This document shows, piece by piece, positions 27,149 to 34,796 of a stretch of 60,745 nt of DNA (position 1 is its first letter; the number at the start of each line of letters is the position of its first letter). Source of the stretch: Nitrospirota bacterium (lineage in GTDB: Bacteria > Nitrospirota > Thermodesulfovibrionia > Thermodesulfovibrionales > UBA1546); contig WPIF01000017.1 in assembly GCA_009773185.1 (NCBI GenBank), positions 1-60,745 of the forward strand, given 5' to 3'. The position numbers and the translations under genes were made by a program. A model generated the notes under the pieces. That model searched no databases and was not told where the DNA came from. It saw nothing but the letters and a program-made list of their open reading frames with translations.

Positions 27149-27171
27149 TGGTCGGGGCGAAAGGATTTGAA
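27149..27171. repeat. 23-bp direct repeat identical to the 3' end of tRNA-Pro (attL-like site)
   Basis: TGGTCGGGGCGAAAGGATTTGAA is identical to 28906-28928 inside the tRNA-Pro gene. Confidence 0.55.
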
Positions 27172-27192
27172 ATCAAAAGCAAGTCTGTGTAT

Positions 27193-27573
27193 CTACACCG
27201 CTATTTCAAGCAGAATCTTATCGTACTTCACCATTGGCGTTGTCTTTTCCCTGCCATTGGTTTTAGCTTTTTCAAGCTCAAGCAGTCCCAATTCTGCAAG
27301 ATAATGTACATCGTCTGAAACATTCTTGAGGTTTCTGCTAATCAGTTTTGCAAGTTCATAGATGGATTGTGGATGTTTTCCCCTGATAACCTGAAGGATT
27401 TTAACCCTCTCCGGCGTTATTGCCTTTCTCATTGTTTCCAGGCTGTCAAAATATATTCCAGGTTTCTTTTTCTTGACCTTATCTCCGCTCTTAAGCTTTT
27501 TCATAACGCTTTTTGCATCGCCAAGCACTTCCTCAATGCTCTTAATCCCTATGGTTACATTTTTAACTTTCAT
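27193..27573 (-). CDS. HTH-domain protein, putative partner of the DUF6516-like protein
   Basis: 126 aa. 'ERVKILQVIRGKHPQSIYELAKLISRNLKNVSDDVHYLAELGLL' is a winged-HTH. It overlaps the upstream gene by 11 nt. Confidence 0.45.
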   Translation of the reverse strand: MKVKNVTIGIKSIEEVLGDAKSVMKKLKSGDKVKKKKPGIYFDSLETMRKAITPERVKILQVIRGKHPQSIYELAKLISRNLKNVSDDVHYLAELGLLELEKAKTNGREKTTPMVKYDKILLEIAV

Positions 27574-27847
27574 TGTTCATCACCTCTTTTAGGTCTTTGT
27601 AAAAATCTTCAAAAAGTTTATCTATTCCCTGAAACTTATAGGGCATTGCCTTATCGCCATAATGCCGATGGTCTCCTTTGCCTTCGGCATTGTCATATCC
27701 TAAAACACGCCTGCCATGTCTGATATACACCAGCGAGTATTTATACCCATGCGGTTTAGCTGGTGATTTAGGGACTGACCATACTTTAGTCTCAATAATG
27801 CCTCCGTGTTTGTCTTCCACCTTGTCATGTATAAGAAGTTCAGTCAT
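27563..27847 (-). CDS. DUF6516-like small protein (HGYKYSLVY / GYDNAEGKGDHRH motifs), possible TA-like toxin
   Basis: 94 aa. The conserved-looking block 'VWSVPKSPAKPHGYKYSLVYIRHGRRVLGYDNAEGKGDHRHYGDK' is recalled from memory as DUF6516 / TumE-like, not verified. Confidence 0.4.
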   Translation of the reverse strand: MTELLIHDKVEDKHGGIIETKVWSVPKSPAKPHGYKYSLVYIRHGRRVLGYDNAEGKGDHRHYGDKAMPYKFQGIDKLFEDFYKDLKEVMNNES

Positions 27848-28054
27848 ATGATAGTTTTATAATACCACATATTGCAGGATTATTCAAGAGATGGGAGATG
27901 TTATCGGGAACTATGATTTAACTTCTGCGTCCTGTCATTAATTTTAATTTTTATCTGCACGACCTGAGAGCTTTGAAAATGTATTTTGTAGGTTTGACCC
28001 CAAATGTTTGTTTCTTCTTTCTTACGCCTAACGCCGTTTTATCCGGCGTCTTAT

Positions 28055-28855
28055 TCACCCTGTTTGTGTAGCAGAAAATAATAGTTCTTCTAAAAACTTA
28101 CGATAAGGTTCATTAAACCTCTTAAATTGGAGGGTTCTTGTACCGCCAGACTCGGTTTCGGTTATGATAAAACGACACACCTCAAGTTCCCTCAGATGAG
28201 CAACTTTCCATTCTCTTGTTTCATCGACCCACTTATCAAGATCACTGCCTGTGTCTGAACGAAAAGAAAATTTTCCTTCAAGAACAAACCGTTTTAGTAA
28301 ATTCTTGGCTTTAGGACTTATTGACTTGAGTTTTTCGACAATCAATGCTTTTTGTTCAGTTTCAAAGCCAGTCAACAATAAGAGCTTGTCAAGGAGCAAT
28401 GGAATCTTATTGTCTAGACCTCCGAGAAGAGATTTTGCATCTGTATGCTCGATATAAATCTGGTCATCAATATCGAATGGTAGTTTTTCTTTTTGGCCTG
28501 GGTTTAATAAAAAAATTAAAGGTTTTTTTAGTCCCTGCATTAATCCAGTTTCTTGAAAAACATTGTAATTGAGAGGAGTTAGAGAAACAATTCCAAAATC
28601 AGATGCCAAAGCATATCTACAAATATTGCAAAATTTTGTACCTGTACCCCCTTCCTTGTCAGCATTAAACAAACGCCATGTTCTTTCACTGAAATATCTT
28701 TCTATTGTCGGTTGCAACCATTTATCTTGATCACGATATTGAAATATAAAAAAAGCTTTATACTTTTCAGGAGTCAATAAATAATCTTTGTCAGGTGAAG
28801 AAAGATTACACTTCATTGGATAATGATCTGGACAAATAAAATTGAATTTTCCCAT
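28055..28855 (-). CDS. hypothetical protein on the tRNA-Pro islet
   Basis: 266 aa. N-terminal 'FFIFQYRDQD...FNADKEGGTGTKFCNICRYALASDFGIVSLTP' has a Rossmann-like alternation that could be a TIR/SLOG-like fold. Unassigned. Confidence 0.35.
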   Translation of the reverse strand: MGKFNFICPDHYPMKCNLSSPDKDYLLTPEKYKAFFIFQYRDQDKWLQPTIERYFSERTWRLFNADKEGGTGTKFCNICRYALASDFGIVSLTPLNYNVFQETGLMQGLKKPLIFLLNPGQKEKLPFDIDDQIYIEHTDAKSLLGGLDNKIPLLLDKLLLLTGFETEQKALIVEKLKSISPKAKNLLKRFVLEGKFSFRSDTGSDLDKWVDETREWKVAHLRELEVCRFIITETESGGTRTLQFKRFNEPYRKFLEELLFSATQTG

Positions 28856-28905
28856 ATCAATCTCTCGTTTTACAGAAAACTATTTGATTTGAAATAAATT
28901 TTTCT

Positions 28906-28982
28906 TGGTCGGGGCGAAAGGATTTGAACCTTCGACCCCACGGTCCCGAACCGTGTGCGCTACCAAACTGCGCTACGCCCCG
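28906..28982 (-). tRNA. tRNA-Pro (anticodon CGG)
   Basis: The reverse complement reads CGGGGCGTAGCGCAGTTTGGTAGCGCACACGGTTCGGGACCGTGGGGTCGAAGGTTCAAATCCTTTCGCCCCGACCA. It has a 7-bp acceptor stem, a D-arm, the anticodon loop TTCGGGA, a T-arm GGTTCAAATCC and an encoded CCA. Confidence 0.85.
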
Positions 28983-29142
28983 ATTATGAATAATAAAAAT
29001 CATCTCTACATAAAGTCAAGGTGATTAAATCTAATCAAAACTTATTCTATTGCGTGTAAGCAGAAAGGCAGGCTGTCATTGACGTTAAACTCTATATTCA
29101 GTTATATTAATCAGTTAAGTAGTTTGTCCGGAGGTTTAAGAG

Positions 29143-29451
29143 ATGCCGATATATGAGTACGAATGTCAAAGCTGCAAAGAGGTACACGAAAAGGTTCAGA
29201 AATTTGCTGACGAGCCATTGACTATATGCCCTAAATGCGGGGGAAAACTGAAAAAGCTTATTTCAAATACCTCATTTGTCCTTAAAGGCACAGGATGGTA
29301 TAAGACGGATTATGCATCAAGCGCCAGCAGGACTGCAATAGAATCAGGGAAAAAAGAAGATAAAAAAGCAGAGACTAAACCGGAAACTAAAACAGAGACT
29401 AAGGCAGAGACCAAGACAGAGACTAAAACAGAGGCAGCGGCCAAGGCATAG
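29143..29451 (+). CDS. FmdB-family zinc-ribbon protein with C-terminal ETK repeats
   Basis: 102 aa. '[16 protein letters not shown]...ICPKCGG' is the FmdB CxxC...CxxC signature. The tail has (K/A)ETKTETK repeats. Confidence 0.6.
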   Translation: MPIYEYECQSCKEVHEKVQKFADEPLTICPKCGGKLKKLISNTSFVLKGTGWYKTDYASSASRTAIESGKKEDKKAETKPETKTETKAETKTETKTEAAAKA

Positions 29452-30221
29452 TGTCAGATTTCCACATACATATTCCCTACGACAGGATAAACGAATATCT
29501 TGCATTCATCAGAAAACAAAGATTTAATCTGGAGATTTATTTCAGTTCAGCGGTTCTTGATTCCATAAACAGGCAAGACACCCTTCATTTAAAAGAAAAA
29601 CTCGATTACAGTCCTCTGCTTACGATTCATGCCCCTTTTATGGACTTGTCTCCCGGTGCTATTGATTCAAAGGTCAGGGATGTAACAATCGAAAGGTTTT
29701 CCCATGCCCTGGATATAGCAAATGACCTGAAGGTTAAGGCTGTTGTGTTCCATTCCGGATATGAAAAATGGAAGTACTCCCTGAAGCCTGAATTGTGGCT
29801 TAATGCGAGCCTTGAGACATGGCGGCCATTGCTTAAAAGGGCCGAAGACGCAGGTGTTAAAATTGCAATCGAAAACATATTCGAGGATGAACCGGCAAAC
29901 CTTAAATTATTAATGCAGGAAATGTCATCTAAAAGCTTTGGAATTTGTTTTGATACCGGACACTTAAACCTTTTTTCTAAAGTAAAGCTTGAAGATTGGA
30001 TGGAGGCGCTGAATCCCTATATAATCGAACTCCACCTGCACGATAACAACAAGACTTCTGACCAGCACCTTCCAATTGGCGAAGGGACGTTTGATTTTGA
30101 TAAGTTTTTCAGTTTGCTTGAAAATAAAGACTGTATTTATACGCTTGAGGCGCATAATGCAGATGACGTAAAAAAGAGCATAGAGAGGCTTGCGAAATAT
30201 ATACCTCAAATTAAAATTTGA
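29451..30221 (+). CDS. sugar phosphate isomerase/epimerase (xylose isomerase-like TIM barrel)
   Basis: 256 aa. 'AVVFHSGY', 'IAIENIFED' and 'ELHLHDN' are AP-endonuclease-2 / TIM-barrel metal-site motifs. Confidence 0.65.
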   Translation: MSDFHIHIPYDRINEYLAFIRKQRFNLEIYFSSAVLDSINRQDTLHLKEKLDYSPLLTIHAPFMDLSPGAIDSKVRDVTIERFSHALDIANDLKVKAVVFHSGYEKWKYSLKPELWLNASLETWRPLLKRAEDAGVKIAIENIFEDEPANLKLLMQEMSSKSFGICFDTGHLNLFSKVKLEDWMEALNPYIIELHLHDNNKTSDQHLPIGEGTFDFDKFFSLLENKDCIYTLEAHNADDVKKSIERLAKYIPQIKI

Positions 30222-30292
30222 CATTGGAATTTTAAGTGTTATACTTTTTGGTAAGAGCCTTAATTTAAATTTTCATAAAAGGAGGTGAAGCA

Positions 30293-30715
30293 ATGAAAAA
30301 AGTATTTATAGTGTTAGTGGCAGCAGTTTTTGTTCTCGGAGCTATGAGCATTTCTTTTGCAAAACAGGCAGGCAAGGCTAAAAGCCCTGTTTATTATGTC
30401 TGCGATTGCGGACCGGACTGTAATTGCAACTCTATGTCCAAAAAACCAGGAAACTGTACATGCAATAAAAAAATGAGGCAGATGCATCTTCTTGAGATTG
30501 ATGGCGACACAGCGCTTTTCTGCACCTGCGGAGGAGGTTGCGAGTGCAAAATAGACCCGACTGACAAGGCCAAATGCGGATGCGGAAAGCCTGTCAAAAA
30601 GGTCAGCCTCAAGGGCAAGTATGTATGCGCATGCGGGCCGGATTGTAAATGCGGGTCAATATCCGATAAGCCCGGCAAATGCAAATGCGGCAGTGAGATG
30701 AAATTGGTTGAGTAG
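30293..30715 (+). CDS. secreted cysteine-rich protein with two C-x-CGPDC-x-C modules (putative metal-binding)
   Basis: 140 aa. Signal peptide, then 'YYVCDCGPDCNCNSMSKKPGNCTCNKKM' and 'YVCACGPDCKCGSISDKPGKCKCGSEM', plus 'CTCGGGCECK' and 'CGCGKP'. About 24 Cys in total. Confidence 0.55.
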   Translation: MKKVFIVLVAAVFVLGAMSISFAKQAGKAKSPVYYVCDCGPDCNCNSMSKKPGNCTCNKKMRQMHLLEIDGDTALFCTCGGGCECKIDPTDKAKCGCGKPVKKVSLKGKYVCACGPDCKCGSISDKPGKCKCGSEMKLVE

Positions 30716-30740
30716 ATTTACTATAGGTAAAGAATTTAAA

Positions 30741-30775
30741 ACAAACGCCCCCTGTTCAGGGGGCATTTGTTTTAT
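30741..30775. terminator. bidirectional rho-independent terminator
   Basis: The stem GCCCCCTG-ttca-GGGGGC (30747-30764) is flanked by an A-run 5' and a T-run 3'. It sits between convergent genes. Confidence 0.5.
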
Positions 30776-30782
30776 GTTTATC

Positions 30783-31937
30783 TTATAAATTTTTCATCTG
30801 GTTTTTTATTGAAAAACCTCTCAGCCTTGGTTCCCCATTGCCCTTATACTGTATCATCACTTTATGGGTTTCTCCCATAGTCCCGGGCAGAATCAATCTT
30901 TTTATCCTTGCGACCTCAAATAAATAATCAGGGGAGTTTTTATGGATTTCAGCAATTGCCTCATCAATGCCCAATGACATGAGAAATGTTCCCTGCTGGC
31001 AGAAGCCGATTGTTTTTATGCCAAGTTCTTCGCCCCATTTTTTGACTGACGAAAAATTAACATGAGCTGTAATATCCTGTTCCCCGACATGTTGATAAGG
31101 GTATTCTACTACTTGATGTTTGTGATAGCAGAGCAGTGTCCCCCTGTCTTTGTCCTCGCTGTAATAGTCCCACGCAGGGTAGCCGTAGTCTATTGTCAGG
31201 ATAAAACCTTCTGCTAAGGCATTGTTGGCCTCATTAAGCCATTTCTTTATATCAAGATTTATCTCTGTCCTGTAGCGTTTTGGAAGCTCAATGGAAAACT
31301 CTTTAAGGTAATCTGAAATCCCGCTTGTGCCTGGTTTTTCTTTTATCTCTTTTAATGCTTCCCCGTCTGCACCAACAAATACCTCTTTAACCTCATCTTC
31401 CATCTCTATGAGATGTACAGGGAATGCATCAAGGAGTTCATTTGAAAGGATACAGCCTTTGATGCCGTTAAGCTCGCTCAGAGACGATACCCATCTCACT
31501 CTATCCGAAAAATCAGCAAGAAGATTTTTCTGGCTTTCTCTCACGACAGGATTAAGTTCAACAATTATGTATTGAATATGATTGAAAATGTTTTTTTCTC
31601 CCTCGACCCCTTGACCCCTCGACCCCTTGCCCCCTTTATAGTAGGCCAGCATATCCTTGCATACATAGCCCGCGCCAGCGCCCATCTCAACAATCTTAAA
31701 ATCAGAGGGTTTTCCCATTATATCCCACATCTCCTCTATCTGCTTTCCAATCATCATGCCGAAGACAGGATGCAGGTGCGAACTTGTATAAAAATCGCCG
31801 GCCCTGCCGATTTTTGTGTTTTGAGAGGTGTAATAGCCGAGTTCAGGTTCATACAAAGCCATTTCCATGAATGACTTAAATGTAATAGGGCCGTCTTTTT
31901 TTATTCTTTGAATGATTTTTTGATGAAGCGTACTCAT
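30783..31937 (-). CDS. SAM-dependent methyltransferase, MidA/NDUFAF7 (DUF185) family
   Basis: 384 aa. 'EMGAGAGYVCKDML' and 'ILSNELLDAFPVHLIE' match DUF185. Contains an in-frame G-rich repeat insert (GGKGSRGQGVEGEKN). Confidence 0.6.
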   Translation of the reverse strand: MSTLHQKIIQRIKKDGPITFKSFMEMALYEPELGYYTSQNTKIGRAGDFYTSSHLHPVFGMMIGKQIEEMWDIMGKPSDFKIVEMGAGAGYVCKDMLAYYKGGKGSRGQGVEGEKNIFNHIQYIIVELNPVVRESQKNLLADFSDRVRWVSSLSELNGIKGCILSNELLDAFPVHLIEMEDEVKEVFVGADGEALKEIKEKPGTSGISDYLKEFSIELPKRYRTEINLDIKKWLNEANNALAEGFILTIDYGYPAWDYYSEDKDRGTLLCYHKHQVVEYPYQHVGEQDITAHVNFSSVKKWGEELGIKTIGFCQQGTFLMSLGIDEAIAEIHKNSPDYLFEVARIKRLILPGTMGETHKVMIQYKGNGEPRLRGFSIKNQMKNL

Positions 31938-31995
31938 GTGAGAACATTATAAACTTTGTTTTACAGTATTTGGTAGTATTTTACTTCTCTGTTTG

Positions 31996-32150
31996 GCAGG
32001 GAAAAATGTTTTCGCTCATTCTCGCTTCGCTCCGAGGTATTTTGCCTCACCCCCCTTTAGTTCCCCCCTTGGTAAGGGGGGAATTTAAGAGGGGTGGGTT
32101 TAGGAGTATCGGCAAAATAAAACCGCTCAAACACAATTCCCTGCCTTTTT
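31996..32150. repeat. MITE-like repeat element copy (longest, contains the CCCCCCTTGGTAAGGGGGG hairpin)
   Basis: GGCAGGGAAAAATGTTTTCGCTCATTCTCGCTTCGCTCCGAGGTATTTTGCC...TATCGGCAAAATAAAACCGCTCAAACACAATTCCCTGCC. Confidence 0.5.
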
Positions 32151-32201
32151 TCAGTCAAGCCTTTATTTGACAAATTACCCCTTTAAAAAGTAACTTAAAA
32201 T

Positions 32202-32816
32202 ATGATTGCGATTGTTGATTATGGAATGGGAAACCTCAGGAGTGTTGAAAAAGGCTTTCTTAAGGTTGGTGTTGATGCACGGATTGTAAATGACGCAGCA
32301 TCTATTGATAATGCCGAGGGAGTCGTGCTGCCAGGTGTCGGCGCCTTCATGGACTGCATAAAAAATCTCACTGATATGAAGCTTACAGAGGCGATTATTA
32401 AGGCGATAGGGAAGGGCAAGCCATTTCTCGGCATATGCCTTGGGCTTCAGGTCTTGTTTTCGGAATCTGAGGAGTTTGGAGTATGCAGGGGATTGAATAT
32501 ATTTAAAGGAAAGGTTGTGAGGTTTCCAAAAATGGAACTGAAGGTCCCTCACATGGGCTGGAATACCCTGGATATAAAGAAAAGGCCTCCTATTTTTGAC
32601 GGTATAGAAGATAAGTCATACTTCTATTTCGTGCACTCATTTTATGTAGTGCCTGAAGACAAGGATATAATTGCCGGAACAACAGAGTATGGGGTTAATT
32701 TTACTGCAATGGCCTGGAAGGATAATGTTTTTGCAATGCAGTTTCACCCTGAAAAAAGCCAGGAACTGGGGCTTAAGATTTTGAAGGGATACGGGGATTT
32801 TGTAAGCAAGGCGTAG
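32202..32816 (+). CDS. hisH: imidazole glycerol phosphate synthase, glutamine amidotransferase subunit HisH
   Basis: 204 aa. 'IAIVDYGMGNLRSV', 'GICLGLQ' (catalytic Cys) and 'FHPEKS'. Confidence 0.85.
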   Translation: MIAIVDYGMGNLRSVEKGFLKVGVDARIVNDAASIDNAEGVVLPGVGAFMDCIKNLTDMKLTEAIIKAIGKGKPFLGICLGLQVLFSESEEFGVCRGLNIFKGKVVRFPKMELKVPHMGWNTLDIKKRPPIFDGIEDKSYFYFVHSFYVVPEDKDIIAGTTEYGVNFTAMAWKDNVFAMQFHPEKSQELGLKILKGYGDFVSKA

Positions 32817-32848
32817 TTAAATTATTGATGGTAAAAGACTCCCTTTAG

Positions 32849-33313
32849 TTATGATTGCTGCTTCAAGCCCTTAAGCATCTCTTTTATTGTTTTTCCAGTA
32901 ACAGGATGTTTTTTATCAGGTGCAATCTCTGCTAATGGCTTTAATACAAATTCCCTATCGTGCATGAAAGGATGGGGGATTTCGAGGTGAGGCGTTTCAA
33001 GAATCAGGTCATCGAATAAGAGTATATCAAGGTCAATAATGCGCTGTCCCCACTTAACGGACTCAGTCCTGCCCATTTGTCTTTCTATATTTTTTAAAAT
33101 GCCAAGAAGGTCTTCAGGATTTTTGTTGGTCTCTATCTCAATTGCCATGTTGATAAACTTAGGCTGGTCTTTTACTCCCCACGGCTCTGTATCGTGCATG
33201 GAGGATTGTCTTTTTACGCTAATTCCGTTCTCTTCGAGAAGACGTATTGCCTTTCTGCAATTCTCTTCCCGGTTTCCGATATTTGAGCCTATGCCTATGT
33301 ATGCGATATTCAT
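32849..33313 (-). CDS. folK: 2-amino-4-hydroxy-6-hydroxymethyldihydropteridine pyrophosphokinase (HPPK)
   Basis: 154 aa. 'IAYIGIGSNIGN', 'RIIDLDILLFDD' and 'PHPFMHDREFVLKPL'. Confidence 0.8.
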   Translation of the reverse strand: MNIAYIGIGSNIGNREENCRKAIRLLEENGISVKRQSSMHDTEPWGVKDQPKFINMAIEIETNKNPEDLLGILKNIERQMGRTESVKWGQRIIDLDILLFDDLILETPHLEIPHPFMHDREFVLKPLAEIAPDKKHPVTGKTIKEMLKGLKQQS

Positions 33314-33339
33314 TTTAATTAAGACAAAAGCGGGTGGAA

Positions 33340-33480
33340 TAGTCTTTGAGCGGTTTTATTTTGCCGATATTCCACCCCTCTATGTCCCCCCTTGCCAAGG
33401 GGGGAATTTAAAGGGGGTAGAGGCAAAATTCCTCGGAGGGCAACGCCCGAGAATGAGCGAAAAGATTATTTTACCCGCTT
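33340..33480. repeat. MITE-like repeat element copy (inverted orientation)
   Basis: Reverse-complement homolog of 31996-32150, including the CCCCCCTTGCCAAGGGGGG hairpin and GAGAATGAGCGAAAA. Confidence 0.5.
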
Positions 33481-33486
33481 AGCAAA

Positions 33487-34653
33487 TCAAATAACCTTTT
33501 TTATCCTCTCCACCGCTTCTTTAATTCTTTCTACCGGCACAGTGAGCGCGAACCTGACATACCCTTCTCCGGGCGCTCCGAAGCCGACTCCGGGTGTGGT
33601 CAGCACCCCTGTTTTTTCAAGGAGATGTGCAACAAACTTCTGAGAATCAAATCCCGATGGGACCTTTGCCCATAAATAGAATGTTGCCTTTGGCTTTATC
33701 AAATGGAAACCAATGTTTTTTAATCCATTATAAAGTGCATCTCTTCTTGCCTGATACGTATCTCTGATTTCAGCCAGTATTTTATCATCTGTATTGATTG
33801 CAGCGATGGATGCTTCCTGTATGGCCTGAAAAACACCTGAATCAAGATTTGTCTTTATCTTTCCTAAGCCTGCAAGCACATCCTTGTTTCCGACAGCAAA
33901 GCCAATCCTCCAGCCGGTCATATTATAAGTCTTTGAAAGGGAATGCATTTCTACTCCTACTTCCTTTGCCCCTTCAAGCTCAAGAAAACTCATTGGCTTT
34001 TCATTATCGTAATAAACCTCTGAGTACGCTGCATCATGGCATACTATGATGTTATATTTTTTTGCCAGGGCGATTACTTCCTTATAGAAACCTGCCGGCG
34101 CTGTTGCCGAAGTGGGGTTATTAGGATAATTGACATACATAAGTTTTGCTCTTTTCAGAACAGACTCCGGTATTATCTTTAAATCAGGAAGAAAATTATT
34201 TTCTTCTTTCAGAGGCATAATATAACTCTCGCCTCCTGCAAACAAGGTCCCGACAGGATATACCGGGTAGCCCGGAGAGGGCACAAGCACGACATCTCCG
34301 GGATTCACAAATGCCAGCGGTATGTGGCCGATGCCTTCCTTTGAACCTATCAATGACAGCACTTCATTGGCAGGATTCAGGGAAACATTAAACCTTGTCT
34401 TATACCATCCGGCAACTGCCTGTCTGAATGAAAGCATGCCTTCGTATGAGGGATAGCGGTGATGTACAGGTTTTTCTACTGCTTTTTTCATTGCGTCAAC
34501 TATATGTTCCGGAGTTGGAATATCAGGGTCGCCTATGCTTAAGTCTATCAGGTCAACCCCTTTCCCAAGGGCATCCTGTTTCATCTTGTCTATTGCTGCA
34601 AAAAGGTATGGTGGAAGATTTTTCACCCTGTCGGATAGCTGAACAGATATCAT
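33487..34653 (-). CDS. PLP-dependent aminotransferase, LL-diaminopimelate aminotransferase-like
   Basis: 388 aa. The N-terminus 'RVKNLPPYLFAAIDKMK' matches the DapL start. 'SLSKTYNMTGWRIGF' is the class-I aminotransferase Lys motif. Confidence 0.65.
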   Translation of the reverse strand: MISVQLSDRVKNLPPYLFAAIDKMKQDALGKGVDLIDLSIGDPDIPTPEHIVDAMKKAVEKPVHHRYPSYEGMLSFRQAVAGWYKTRFNVSLNPANEVLSLIGSKEGIGHIPLAFVNPGDVVLVPSPGYPVYPVGTLFAGGESYIMPLKEENNFLPDLKIIPESVLKRAKLMYVNYPNNPTSATAPAGFYKEVIALAKKYNIIVCHDAAYSEVYYDNEKPMSFLELEGAKEVGVEMHSLSKTYNMTGWRIGFAVGNKDVLAGLGKIKTNLDSGVFQAIQEASIAAINTDDKILAEIRDTYQARRDALYNGLKNIGFHLIKPKATFYLWAKVPSGFDSQKFVAHLLEKTGVLTTPGVGFGAPGEGYVRFALTVPVERIKEAVERIKKVI

Positions 34654-34796
34654 TGATTTAGAAACTCCTTCTCGTAGAGTCGAGTCTACGGCCTGAATTT
34701 TTTTATCTATTATATACGATTATGTATGACAAATGCTTTCAGCGTATATGAATTTGACATAAAATTCGCTATTATTTAGAATTACTACGATAAAAC

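Noticed and set aside
31601-31640. G-rich direct repeats as a possible CRISPR array
   Set aside because: The units are about 8-9 nt with no spacers, occur inside ORFs in frame, and there are no cas genes. They are microsatellite-like inserts, not CRISPR.
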